Shown here: positions 40,290-53,698 of the stretch, piece after piece
How the letters are laid out: the number at the start of each line of letters is the position of its first letter
Numbering within the stretch: position 1 is the stretch's first letter
The notes under the pieces: generated by a model
What the model saw: only the letters and a program-made list of their open reading frames with translations
The model's database searches: none
What the model was told of the DNA's origin: nothing
Assembly (NCBI RefSeq): GCF_001194135.2
Contig: NC_068987.1
Span: 35,636,651-35,700,650 of the forward strand
Source of the DNA: Octopus bimaculoides
Taxonomy: Eukaryota
Direction: 5' to 3'
DNA: 64,000 nucleotides
Made by a program: the position numbers and the translations under genes

Positions 40290-42665
40290 GTCATATGGGT
40301 ATTAAAATCGTCCATTGTTTCATGAAATTTATCGCCGATCTGCACTTAGTGACAGGACCGTTTTGAAGAACGTTAACCTGGTAGTTTTGATAAGCAATCT
40401 TTCATCTTGTGCTTCGAATATGAAACCTTCAGTCTCTGCTTTCAGTCCTGAGCTTCTCAGCCACGGACGGGTTGCTGATCGGTCTACATTAGCATTTTGT
40501 CTTCGAAGTATATACTGCCCATGCAGAGACTTCTGACTCCACTGCTCCTAAATTTGTTTTTGTCCGTTCTTTTTTGCAGTCTGTTGGGCCCGTTTTGTTT
40601 TTTCCATGGTAGTGGTTCAGATGATTTACTATACTTTTATACATTTTGAACCCATACCCGGTGTTACCCAGGTTCATTGAGAGTGGGATGAGTGCGATGC
40701 AAAAGAGTAATGGAGAAAGGGTGTCAAACCTGAAAGATTCCACGGTTGAGGTTAATGTTGTTAGATTGGCTCATTCCATTACTGTGGTGTAGAATGAGAC
40801 GTGCATGCCACTTTGCTATGTAACCTTGTAAGAATTTGGAGACGATAAGAGAGATCTTGTATATCTCAAGGGCCTTGAGCTGCCAATTATGTGGGTCACT
40901 ATCAAACGCTTTCCAGTAGTTTATCCATGCCATACTTCTGGTTGCTCCAGTCATTCTCTACAGTCATTTTTATTTATGAGTAATTGATCTTTGCATCAAT
41001 AAGAATTCCTTTTAAAGCTTTTTGAGCTCGTGGAAGAATAGACGTCTGTTCCAGGAAAGTGTATATTTTTTCAGTTAGTATTAATGTAAGGATAATGTTG
41101 GTGGTGTTTAGACATATTATTGGTCGGTAATTCTTTGGATGTTCGTGTCTCCAGTTTTTGGTAGAAGGTATGTTGTTCCTTCGGTCAGCCAGGCAGTAAT
41201 CTGCTCTGGGTTCTAGATGACATCAGGTAGGGATGCAGAAAGAAATTAGTGCACTTCTCTCAAACAGGTCAGCCAGAAGTTAGAAATCCGGTTCAATCCT
41301 GGAGTTCTCCATTTGTGAGATTCCTAAGAACACATCTTAGATCTTCTATTCCTATTGCCTCACATTTCTGCGCTTCCAATTCATCCAGTCTCACTTTGTT
41401 ACCTATCCAGTGAGCTTCAGCATTATATTCTTTTTTGCTGCTCCATATCTTCTTCCAGGACTTTTCCATTTCCTCAGTCTATGATGTTTTTTTGCATCCG
41501 TCTTGAATACCTTATTTTGTCGCTAAAATTTTATTCTTTTGTCATATCTTCTGAGCCGTTAGGCTTTCAGTTGTAATCGTTGTTTCACTAGTTTCTTGGT
41601 TGCAGGGAGTTTTATACAATGTTTGATTTTGTTTTTATTTTTGCCGGATTTTTCTTGCTCGTTTCGTCTTAACATTTACTCCTTTCGCACGTTCATCGAG
41701 AATTGATATATCCGCCCGCAAAATTCGATCTCATTTTTTATTGCTACTTTCCACCTAGGAGGTCTATTGAAATGCTTGATCTTTTTCTGTCTTGATACAT
41801 AATTGAGCTGGTACAAATTTAGGAGAGGAATAGATGAGCTTATTTAAGGTTGTTAAGTCATTTCCGTTATTTCTTAATGTCCGTCTAACAAAAATATTAT
41901 ATATCATGATGATGTTGCTATTTTTACGAGCGCTTCGGTAACGGTTCTCTATTGATCACGTCAGTAAACTCAGTGTTGCTGAGTTCGCTCATAATATCTT
42001 CTTTTGCTTCTCTGGTCTTCTCTTTATTATTCACCTGAAATTTTGTCATGTTTATTCAAGTGTTCTTGAGGTAGGTCTACTTTCTTCTCTTTTTCTACAT
42101 ATCTGCTCTTCGCTATTCTTTCTTCAGCTATTCTTTCTTCGCTATTCTTTCTTCAGCTTCCTCGTACATTGGGTTCGGTGCATCTGTTACCTATTTCATC
42201 TGTATTGTTGCTGTTTTCATTTGGTCTACCATGTGTGTCATAATTTGGCTAATTTCAGAGTTAGTTAACCTTTTATTTTTAATGATGCCTCAACGTACAT
42301 TACTTAATTTATTTGTGGCTATATATCTGCCTATTTCGTTACCTACTAAGTTTCTCCATGAAGCCTATGTTTCTACAATGACGTTATTGTTTGGGATTTG
42401 TTGGGCTGTAGAGAAAGCTTTCAACACATCTCTATAACACTCTCTATTCCATTGTATGCGTTTTGCTTTATGTGGCCTTTTTGGTGGTCTCACTACAGTT
42501 CTAGGATTAGGGTTATCCTGGTTCTGGTTACCTGGTACTTCGTTGCTTTGAGAGTTTGCTCCAGCATCGGACTTTTCGAACCCAATCTGGTTCCTCACTG
42601 GGTATCGCGGTCCTCATCCCGGGCAATGACCGATCCGGCATGATGTGGAAAATAATTATATACAA
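40290..42665 (-). mobile_element. R4/Dong-like RLE non-LTR element A (5' end, ORF N-terminus, RT N-half, internal deletion, Zn region)
   Basis: KRIQWNRECYRDVLKAF, SMAWINYWKAFDSDPHNW, NRGIFQ/DTLSPLLFCIALIPLS, NHL joined directly to …WSQKSLHGQY…SSGLKAETEGFIFEAQD; no YMDD seen. Confidence 0.9.
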
Positions 42666-43619
42666 TAAATGAATATATGCACAATATGTGAAAATGTGAA
42701 AAACGGAAGCAGAAAGAATAAATTCAATGAATAATTCGCCCTCAAAGAGACGAAAATTTCGATGAGAGATCGTTAAACACTACAATACACGGTCGTGCTC
42801 ATCAATCAACTAATACCCCATTCCAGTTCTCCTCCTCCACTTTCCAGCCACATCCCCAGCGGTATTCGTTCCACTTAACCCTGCTCATCACTTAGCTGCA
42901 TTTTTACACAAATCGGCCCAGAAACATAAATCCCCATTTCTTTTAAGGGAACGAATCAGTTTTCAGCTATTTCTATTGTATCTGCCATAGAAACCATTTG
43001 TTATAACTATTAAGCTATATTTCTGGGATGGATTTGGCTAAAAGAAGTTCTACGGTGGACGAAATTGAAACTACAGAATTTTGACAGCATTATGTGATGA
43101 CTGACACCCCATCTATGACAGACTTACCCGATATGACTTCAAAAGGAAGCATTCTCTAGGCCCTGGACGATATGTGCATGTTACTCTGCGAACATCTATT
43201 AAAGCCTGACTTATGTGAAATATGGGCCTGAAGAATATATCTTGCACTAACAATATTTCCTAACTACATTACCAAGTAAGATACTCTAATTGTCCTCTTC
43301 ATAGTGGACCAACATTTGATTTGATGATTTTCCTGTTAACGCCTGCTGAACATATTCACTTATAAGTTTGTTTTCTGTTAAGCTTCACGTGAATGGTTAC
43401 ATACTACAATGGTTACATATGTACAATCGGGTCGATTGTACATATTAAGAGTCTATAGCCTGTGTAGACGACAACAATAAATTGAGGAGAATCGTCGTTA
43501 TTCACATTTACTGGCCGATTAAATACTTTATATAGATAGCATGTGGATGACATACCGCCCTATGTCGTTATCCACAGTGGCATGTTCGCTGATATCCACT
43601 CGCTACCTACCTGACATTT

Positions 43620-45050
43620 GGAAAATCCCCAAAAGATTTTCAAAGTTTTTCGTCCGCTTCTCCTATTAACTAAACTCACTCCGAACAAGTGCGTTTTTCC
43701 CGTTGCTCTCAGTCAATAGTACTTAAGATTGGTATGTTTCAAAGAATTCCACATCAATTAGTTTGACGGTATGACATTCAATTTAAATCATGTCCACTTC
43801 TACCAAATACCTTGTGTCCATATATATATATGCTAATTTTAAGTAATACTATGTTAGATAGGAGGTAGTAAGTGAAAGATATCTGCTTACTTCATCCAAG
43901 CTCTAAGAACTGTTCCTTCTTTTCGAGTATTTGTAGGTGCTTCCTATACCAAGTATTTGTAAAATACCCCGGAAATATTTCATTCCGTCGGTGTATTTGC
44001 TGTTTTGTTTACTGTTCGTGTCTTCCATTGTGTTTAGAATTTATATCGGACATATATGTATACTTTTTGGTTTGAGGATAGTGTTTGTTTGTCGATGTAT
44101 ATGGTTTACTCGTTCTTAACTGTTTTTGTTGATGACCGAGTAGCTTATGATATTTCTTTGAAGTTGTTGTCCTTGCTCTTAATGTAGGTATAGATTGGTT
44201 TCTAATCGTATCTGTAATCTTGGTGTTATCTGTAGTGATAGGGTGGATAGCGGAGTTGAGCTAGTAACGTTATTTGTGAAAATGGGGATCGCAGACGGTG
44301 TTTCAAGATATTTATCTCGTTAGTAGTACTTCGTGCTTTTTGACATTTGTAGGTTTTTTTTTTTTACTTTTGATTTTTCCTTCTATTTGTCAGTGTCTAC
44401 CTCCCTTGCCACCGGTCACCTTCACGATACAAAACATCTGAGTGGCTGTAGGGAGGATGTGAATGTCTTTGGTTTCGAAAGTCAGACAATTTTTGGATAT
44501 GAATAATACAGGTCAAGATGTTCGACATTGTTTTCTTTACTTCTTGTTTTGTAGGGATTTTTTTTTATAATTGCACATAAATATTTTCCTTTCTCGTTTT
44601 TCAGTATATTCCTTCAGTAAAGATATGAAGTTCTTTTCAGTACAATTTATTCACCGTCACGGTTCAAAAGTTTAATTTTGTTATATCCAGTATGTCACCA
44701 GGTGAGGTAGCTTGGGGGAAAATATCTTCATGTATTTCATACCAGATTTCTGTATCTCTCCGTATAAGTGTCTTCTCTGGTCGCCCACAAAAATCTGTGG
44801 AATATTAAAAAAGATTTTTTTTTCGGAATATATAAATCTTTCCATACAGAATTTGTTGGCTCATGTCTGTTATTAATTTGCTTCCCAATAACAGAAATCC
44901 TATTTTAATTGTTGTTTGAGTTGATGCCTCTCTTGTTGAATGCCATTGCATGTGGAAAAGAAGTATTAGGTTAAAATCGATTTTAAACACAGTATTACTT
45001 TCAAAGTAACAAATCTATTTTTGCAACTGAAATTCTGAGAAGCATGTGAT
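43620..45050 (-). mobile_element. Decayed Penelope-like element
   Basis: DILDITKLNF (cf. DFLDITLNL), PIFTNNVT (cf. PPFSKNVKT), IGST (GIY-YIG second motif), LVNRRS tail. Confidence 0.55.
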
Positions 45051-45144
45051 AAATATACCATTAGTAAGCCTGAGGTGTAACCCGTTCATTCCAACAAAAC
45101 CCAACAGCAGTAATATTGCCTCAAAGTTTGATACAAGACCATCA

Positions 45145-45325
45145 ATATACACAGGTAAGTTGATTGTATTAACTCCAGTGCTTAACTAGAACTTATATTA
45201 TCGACCTGGAAAAGATGATAGGCAAACCGAACCTCATCGGATTTGAACTCAAAGCGTAGAGGCAAAAATAATACCGTTTAGCATTGTTTTCAACAATCTA
45301 ACGATCAAACCAGTACGCTGTCTTA
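45145..45325 (-). mobile_element. Old SINE family B-like copy
   Basis: TTATCGACCTGGAAAAGATGATAGGCAAA…GGATTTGAACTC resembles the minus-strand family B copies. Confidence 0.65.
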
Positions 45326-46599
45326 AGGAAGGAGAACAACAGCAACAATAATGCTGGCGATGCTATTGCTGCTGATGTTGCTGCTGCTAATGATGATGAT
45401 GGGTGATTCTAATACAGACAAAAGACGAACAACTTTGAAATGTAAGGGGTTAATGGATATTATACACCGTAGTATCTAACTGAAGAAAAAAATATTGAAA
45501 TTGAACTCTGCCACATTTGCACTCCTCGCAAACCCATTTTTACCATGTGGCAATGACATTCATTATGAAAGAGATGTTTCGAAATCTTAATACTTCTTTT
45601 GTTGTAAGTCTATTCCCAAAGATAGTGATTTTAGGACACACTCCACTGCATTCACAACAAACGGCGGTTCATATCAAAGTTTATATCTCGAAGAATTTCA
45701 CATCGTAATAGAGGACAAAGACCACGGAACACTATCGGCATTGTTGGTAAACAGGAATATGGGTGAGGTCTAAAATCTTAAACTTAATGTTGGCTGAAAT
45801 ACCTGACCAGGTGTTGTGAGACAGTTGCAGCATACGAGCAACATATGCTTTCTATATTATTTTTCTTTCGGTATTATATTTTCTAGGAGTTCGCGGTACA
45901 TTCTGCTTCTCCGCAAGTTTCACCCCAATGAAAGGAATGATTTTGTTACGTTATACTTTTTATGTAGAGAATTTTTTCATGTCTTATACATAATTTGTTT
46001 TGTATTTCTTTTGCTATTTCTATTTATACATTTTCATCTGTTATTGTATATAGTATAAAGTATGACTGATGTTACTACGGATTTTTGTCACTATATTTCA
46101 TATGTATAAACGAGCTGAGTTATGCAGAATGTGATGTGTAAGACTGCTATAGAGTTGGATATGCAATATGTAAGTATGTAAATATATATTTTCTCATTTT
46201 ACTGATGGCTGATTTTGTAGATTAAGTATGTATAGTATTGTGATCACTTTCTCTGTAGTAATTTGTGTAATTCTGAGAATTCGTTCGGTTGTAAAAGTTC
46301 CTGCACTCTGTGTTGTGTGTAGAATGTCTTGTGTGAGTTGTCCTATGAAATTGCCGTTTTGCGTGTAGAGTGTAATGCACTTAACAGGTATACTTTTTCT
46401 GATTTATTAGAACTGCTAGCGCTGTTATGTTACTCTATAATTGTGTTTTTGTTTTCTTGATATTTCCTGATGCAATTTTCTTGGTCCCTTATGTTTTACA
46501 TGCCCCCAAATTTAGTTAATATCGTGTGATATTTTGCTAGAAATATATATATTTATTTTGTTCTTTTTTTCTTTATAAATCCTCTTCTTAAGTTATATA

Positions 46600-46850
46600 C
46601 AGGGTGTCGATGTCGAAATCATGTAGATGTATTTAAATGCATCTATATTAAACCAATTTAATCGGATTTATAACTAGTAACTTTTCCTTTAACTTCCCCG
46701 ATTTTATACACTGGGGCTGATATCGATAAACGTAAACTAAGTTTATATAGATTGAAGTAATTTAATTTAATCCCATTCAATGAACTAGTCCCATTCTCAA
46801 TTGCAGTGTTCCAGTTCTTTCGCTATAAATATTCCCTGTGTAATCTCTTC
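46600..46850 (+). repeat. Unclassified dispersed repeat, copy 1
   Basis: Collinear with 53699-53950 (GTCGATGTCGAA…ACTAGTAAC…CTGATATCGAT…AATCCCATTC…TTCTCA.TTGCAGT). Confidence 0.75.
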
Positions 46851-48195
46851 ATAGATGTCATTTCAATATCTTCTAAATTTACTGTAGGCAAAATGCATCT
46901 TAGAAACATAGATAGTTGGTTTATTTATTCATATTAAGATACTTGTAACATCGAAGTTTCTAAAAAGAATATTTAGTTTATATATGAAGTTAGTTTATAG
47001 ATGACTAATTAAAAATGATTCTGTTTGGCATATTATTTAATCAACGGCATGATGTAAATCGTACACGCCTGACATTCCAAGAATTTTAAATAAGTGCATT
47101 GACATTTTCTCTGTGTTCTAAGTTATTACTTAAGATGCAATTTTTCTTAACCTACATTAAATTATGGGGAGTACCTTGCCTTTCATGCTTTGCTCATAAG
47201 TCAGTCAGATCTAGACGTACCTGGTAGCTAACCACAGTAGAAGCAACAACAAAAACAATACGTAAAATTCAAATTGCTTCCAATATTCACGTGGGTTGTT
47301 TTTTTTTTCCTTGAAAAAGACATTTGTATCACAATGCTTAAAATCATTTCTTTATTCTTTCGTAAGAATGAGAGCGATTTGTCCACGAATTATGAAACGT
47401 ATGTATTTTGAAGTGTTGTCAGAAAAGAGAAAAGGATGATGTCTGTTAGTTAAAGTACTATACATCAAATACTTGGGCTTGTATGTGTAAGAAATGCAAT
47501 ACATTGACAACAGGAAACAAAGATAACTATTCATGCAGAAAAGAAAACGGAAATATACAACTGTGAAAGAAAACCTTGGTAAAAGGCAAAGAGAAATAGA
47601 TAATATCACAATGAAACATACAAAGACATGTGAAAGGAAGAGCAATAAGGAAAAGAACATTAACAAAATAAGTATAAAACATCAAATACATAATGTCATA
47701 CGGAAAGAAGGCGTACTAAATGAAGTACAACATATGCAACCATGATTATTTACAGAAACACTGCATCGTATTCATACGTAGAAAATTGTATGCTTTACCA
47801 GATTATTTTCAGGAAAAAATACTATTAAAAACTCTTTTATAAGATCTTTGTATTTGAAACAATATACATGACACCTACTATCTACATTTTTTCGTAAAAA
47901 AGACATGGAATTATATGGATTCAAATCCAATTTTTTTTTATAGAAATACCTAGAAAATGTTGAAAAAAGCATTATATTACATATATAGGCGTAAGAAGTA
48001 AACAGAACTAGTAGTGACATTTTTGTGTTTTGATATCAAAGAAACTGTTATATTCCTTCTGTTTTTTTGCATTTTACCACCAAAACGAATAATATAAAAG
48101 TAACATTGAATGACAATCACGTACAAAATAGAATCAAATACATTTCATACCTAGATACGCATTTACACACGCGCAGACGGAGATACAGGTATTCT

Positions 48196-48197
<2 letters not shown>

Positions 48198-48239
<42 letters not shown>

Positions 48240-48526
48240 NNNNNNNNNNNNNNNNNNNNNNNNNNNNNNNNNNNNNNNNNNNNNNNNNNNNNNNNNNNNN
48301 NNNNNNNNNNNNNNNNNNNNNNNNNNNNNNNNNNNNNNNNNNNNNNNNNNNNNNNNNNNNNNNNNNNNNNNNNNNNNNNNNNNNNNNNNNNNNNNNNNNN
48401 NNNNNNNNNNNNNNNNNNNNNNNNNNNNNNNNNNNNNNNNNNNNNNNNNNNNNNNNNNNNNNNNNNNNNNTATATATATATATATGTATGTATGTATATA
48501 CATATATATATATCTGTGTGTATGTG

Positions 48527-48576
<50 letters not shown>

Positions 48577-48690
48577 TACAGAGAGAGAGAGATACATACA
48601 TATGTATGTATGTATGTATGTATGTATATATGCATGTATGTATATGTATGCACTCACATATACATATATTCTATGGATGTATATGTATGT
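48198..48690. other. (CT)n, assembly gap (N 48240-48470), then (TA)/(TATG)n microsatellites
   Basis: Directly visible. Confidence 0.98.
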
Positions 48691-48949
48691 GTGCATTTAG
48701 GTTCCATGAAAAAAAACATTAATAGGGCAATTTCTAAGGAAACACCAAAGTGATGTAAGAAATATTTATCTACGCAATTGCTTCCTTAACGACAAATTTC
48801 TAGGTATATAGCACTATTAGTGGTTTGTGATTCATTAATATCACGTTGTATTTTTGTTTACGCAAACTATTTCATTTCGGTTCATCAGTACTAATATGAG
48901 ATAACAACAGTATGTCATTTTTCTGCAATCTCATTTTTCTTCAATATTG

Positions 48950-49350
48950 GAAACGTCTGTTTCAAGGAGCAGAATATTAACAAAAATACAAAAAATGCTA
49001 AATGGATATATGGAAGACTAACTTATGTGATGTATATTTTCCCCCAGTTCTTTTAAAACAAATATTAAATGGCTTTGCATCATGGCATGAGGCCGACAGA
49101 TTTGAATGTGCTTTTGTAGGAAATAGTTTACGATTTTGTTCATTAAAGTACTTTAGGAATGCAAGCAATAATATTTTTTTATATTTCCTTTTGAATATTT
49201 TGTATTTGTTATTCCTGTAATTCTTTTTTGTGCTCAAATCATTGAAGATTATACATCTTCGTAATGTCACTTGATATTTGTAAATGAACTTCACACGAAG
49301 CCGGAATATAAGCGACAGATTAATGCCCTTACAGCATTGCATCATATAAT
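48950..49350 (-). mobile_element. Possible decayed Penelope-like GIY-YIG fragment
   Basis: QCC…IYKYQV…KNYRNNK…NEQN…AKPFNICFKR follows the order of PLE endonuclease motifs. Confidence 0.4.
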
Positions 49351-50029
49351 AAATTTTTTTCAGCGATTTAATTATGAGCTTTGGCTTTTGTTTCCAGCAG
49401 GTAGACGAACCTAGTATGTCCTTTGATTAATTTTAATCCTAAGTTTATATATATATATGTATATAATATTTATTAGCTGTTTATATATATACGTGTGCGT
49501 GTGTGCTTGTCAGTAATAGATAAATCGATAGATAGATAGATTGATTAAAACATATATACATATATGTATGTATCTATCTATGTATGCATGCATGCATGTA
49601 TTATGTATGTATGTAAGTATACATGTAGGTATGCATGTATGCATGCATGTTAACACGTGGCGTGTGTATGTATGTGACTACCATGATAATGATTAGAAAT
49701 ATGAGACATTACGTCTGGACGTGCTGATCCTTAAATAGTAGAGCAACTGGCTCTGACTCGCATACTGTAACGATCATGCATAATCTATTGTACAAACGAA
49801 ACTATGGCACTAGAAGGAGATTCTCAAGCAAATCTTAAATATAGCAATAGCATGCGGCGATTCCTATTTATTAAGGCGTGTGCGTGTGTGTATATATATA
49901 CACAGACATGCAGGAAGTAAATAGATACCTTTAATTTTCAAAATATTTTATCTAATACGCAAAGGGAACAATTGAAATGTAATCGATAGGTAGGATTACA
50001 TACTTTAGTATTTAGTTGACATTCCCATT

Positions 50030-51151
50030 GCAGTTTTTAATTCAGAAACTCTATTTTGGCATTGAACTGATGAGCTTTATAATTGTCTCTTGTGGAATTT
50101 CTGCATACTTTTCACGGAACAATCGAAACCATTCGTCTTTGTATATTTAGGTTTGTATCGAGTTTTTTGTATAGCCCTTTCTAGTGCGCTGCAAAGATTT
50201 TCAATTGTGTTCATGTCAAGATATTGGCTCGGCTAAGGAAGCTTTTTGATCCAACTTTCTGTCAGCCATTGTTGATTCCTTTTCGCTATGTGGCAAGGAG
50301 CCTCACCTTTCATGAATAAACATTCATTTTTCGTTATGTTACCGTGTGAGTACCTCATAAGTAGTCCTTGCTTAAGTATCTCGATGTATTTTTCAGAGTG
50401 TATGGTTCCAACACATTCGATCAGCTCAGAACGACCGTTGATGGTGACAGTTCCACATACGATTACGGAGATACTGCCATGTTTCACAGTTGGTTGGACT
50501 CGTTTCAAATCAATTTCTTGATTGGGAAGCCTCCAGATCCAAACACATCCACTGTGTAAAAATAATACAAATCTAGATTCATGTGAGAAAATCACTTTAT
50601 CCCAAAATGAACTGGGCTTTTCACTGCCATTCCCTTAGCCCATTTCTTTCTTTTCATGATATTTATTGGTTGACAGATGAGTTTTCTTCTAGCTGTTCGT
50701 CCATAATACCCAAGCTTATGCAGATATGTAGCACACGTTCGTGGACTAACTTCTAACTGTTTTTCAATGTTTGAAGCCTTCGAACGGACGGGGTTCGTTT
50801 TCCACAATTCTCCTCAAACAGCGAAGCTTCCTTTCCGAGGGCCCAGCTCGGGCTGGACGAGAATCCGTTGATTATTTACCTTGGCTTAATATGAATTGCA
50901 CCTTAATATGAATTGCACTTTAATATGAATTGCACCATTAATCTATTAACAGTAGCAAGAGGAATTTGAAGATTTTCGACAAATTTTCCCTGGCAAAGAA
51001 CAGCCTCAGATTGGCCAACAATACGACCTCTTCGAAAATCTGACTGTTCTGCTGAATTTTTTGAGCGTGGCATGGTTACTTTTCGCAAATGTTTAATGTA
51101 ATGGCACCTGGAATGAAAAATAATAATTACATTGTAAATTCTACACCGCTG
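50030..51151 (-). mobile_element. Tc1-like transposon relic
   Basis: SDFRRGRIVGQSEA, GYYGRTARRK, IFSHESRF, QPTVKHGS, GEAPCHIAK, PSQYLDMNTIENL; TIR-like CAGCGGTGTAGAA ends at 51151, the other TIR not found. Confidence 0.92.
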
Positions 51152-51493
51152 AAAACATATTAAGACGCTTAGATTAGAAAATTTGGAAATTAAAGGTGTT
51201 TTTTATACTTCCGGCATGTCTCTGAATACATATACAAGTGTTTGAGAGCATTGTTATTGCTGTAGATGTAGGTAAGTGTTTGTGTGTGTCTGCGTATGAT
51301 TAGTGGGTGTGAGGACGTGTGTATGTGTACGTATGAGTGTTTGAGAGTATGTGTATACAAGTTTGTGTATATGTGTGTATATGCATATATGCATATGTGA
51401 GTCTGCGTATATATGCACGTGTGCATGTATGTCTCCGAGCGAGTGTGTGAATGTGTGTGTATTGGTGTGTGTGAACGATTTCTTTACATTTGA

Positions 51494-51494
<1 letters not shown>

Positions 51495-51568
<74 letters not shown>

Positions 51569-51570
51569 TG
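51495..51570. repeat. (GT)n microsatellite
   Basis: Directly visible. Confidence 0.95.
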
Positions 51571-51689
51571 TTTATGCAGTATGTGGAACAGCAAGTTATG
51601 TATGTGGATGTTTGGAAATGTGTCGAAGATTTAAATTTTAAAAAATGAAGAATAATTTAAATCTAAAAAATGAATTATAATTTAAAATC

Positions 51690-52110
51690 TATTTTTAAAG
51701 AGGTGAGTGGGAGATGTTATTGGAAGGCGTTTGAGCTTGGACAAAGATATTGGTGGATTCGTAGTGCAAGCTCGGGTTGAAGACATTGAGGTGTGAGGCT
51801 GAATGACCGGTAGAACAAAAATGACTGATGTTGGGGCACTTTTCAAGATGCAAGCGGAGTCCTGGTTGTGGAGTGTGTGTTGGTTAGTTCCAGTAGAGAT
51901 GTGATGTTGGTGATAAACGGACAGGTATAGAAACGGGGTCTGGAGCGAAGGTAGGATCCAGGATTGCTGGGGAAGGGTTATAGGAGGATCCTGCAAATCA
52001 GTAAGTCGCAATGTTTAGGGTGCGTTTGAATGAGGGTAAGGGTGGTTTGGGGAAAAATGAGAATGATAGGATCACATTGGAGACGATGGAAGGATTTTCT
52101 GAGGAAGGGC
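51690..52110 (-). mobile_element. Penelope-superfamily (Neptune-like) C-terminal relic
   Basis: FPKPPLPSFKRTLN…DLLI (cf. F..PPL.SF.R..NLRDLLV), PRFYTCPFI (cf. PRCRTCPFI). Confidence 0.5.
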
Positions 52111-52119
52111 TAGGGTGGA

Positions 52120-52540
52120 ACACTTGCATTTCGCCAGTTCGCTGTAATAGTCTCCTCTGGAGTCGCGTGTAAGGTACTAGAACAAGATGTAGGTTGCTCT
52201 CCTGACTTGCGTGTAAATACATTACAGATTAGCTCGAGAGAGGATATCCATGTGTAAATACATTGTGTGTAAATATATTGCAGATCAGCTCGAGAGACGA
52301 TATCCGTGTATGGGAATTTGTCTTGGTAGGTGATTTTCAACAACATTTTTTGTCAGTTCATGTGGGAGATTTTAGCATGGCGCTCGAAAACGTATGCGTA
52401 TAGTAGTGTAGGAACTATAACCGTTAACTTGCAGGCCAGCCAAATGCGTCTCCTCACCCACACTGATTCAAGTGGCCGCCCAGCTCTGAGCTTCCCTTGG
52501 AAATACATGTATCGACTTCATCGTCAATATTCACAAATCT
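52120..52540 (-). mobile_element. RTE (BovB-like) LINE 3' fragment
   Basis: SVWVRRRIWLACKL…PTLLY…ERHAK…LLKITYQDKFPYTDIVSRADL…SELAKCK; contains a ~55-bp tandem duplication at 52211-52310. Confidence 0.75.
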
Positions 52541-52542
52541 TT

Positions 52543-52765
52543 AAGGTGGTGATCTGGCAGAAACGTTAGCATTCTGGGCGAAATGCTTAGCGGAATTTCG
52601 TCTGTCTATACGTTCTGAGTTCAAATAATGCCGAGATCGACTTTGCCATTCATCCTTTCGCGGTCGATAAATTGAGTACCAGTTGCGTACTGTGGTTGAT
52701 CTAATCGACTGGTCCCCTCCACAAGAAAGTTTGGGCCTTGTTCCTAGATTAGGAATGAATATTAT
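52543..52765 (+). mobile_element. SINE family B
   Basis: GGTGGTGATCTGGCAGAAACGTTAGCA…GAGTTCAAAT…GATCTAATCGACTGG…CCTAGATTAGGAATGAAT. Confidence 0.9.
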
Positions 52766-52864
52766 ATTCACAGATCTCGACAATGTACTGCTGAGGTCTG
52801 TGAACATATCAACAACTATCAAACTTACCCCTTCGACAGTGATAGTTGGTTCTACATAAGGCCT

Positions 52865-53060
52865 CCACGTGTATACATACATGTATAGATACATGCATAC
52901 ATGCCTATATATGTATATATACATACATGTATAGATACATACATACATGCCTATATATGTATATATGCATATATACATACAAACACACACACATACATAC
53001 ATACATACATACATACATACATACATACATACATGCATGCATTCATACATACATACATAC
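52865..53060. repeat. (TACA)n-rich tract with a 44-bp tandem duplication
   Basis: Directly visible. Confidence 0.9.
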
Positions 53061-53698
53061 CAAATTACAAATTGACATGTATACCAATGATAATTGAGGC
53101 ACACGGTTTTGTAAATACCTAATTGTCAGTATAAGCTTGGATTTTCAGAAAAAATTCAACCGATTCATACATTACAAATACAATCTGTAAGTGAAACATT
53201 AAATTATGCAAGACTTTTCAGAGGTGTAAATTGTGATATAGGTTTCGTTTTCTACATTCCAACGATGGCGCTTTGTATTTTCGTTAGAAACCAGCTCCTT
53301 CTTCAAAGGAAGAATTCAAATGATTAATTACAGAAGGGACATACATACGTACATACAAATATTGTATTATAGCCGATATAATCTTGGGTTGATTGAATGG
53401 TTGCCTTTGCTTGTAACACTTTAAATCATATAGACAGATGAGAATCGCGAGTAAAAAGTGATAGAAATCAAGTTAAGAGGTGCCAGGTGAGAGTTGAAGT
53501 TTAAGCTTGGTGACGTGCAAGGTGTAAATGAAAGCTACTCACAGAGCAAGAGAAAAAGGAATCTTAAACAACTGAGAAGAAGTAGAGTAAGAGAAGAGGG
53601 AGTATATGACAGAGTATTTATAAGAGGAATATTACACGTGGGGAATAAGAAATTCTTTGTGTACAAAATTCAACAGCGATTAACATATTGTCAAATGC

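Noticed and set aside
43130-43230. Weak LINE RT-like motif (…ALDDMC)
   Set aside because: Single weak motif without downstream RT domains.
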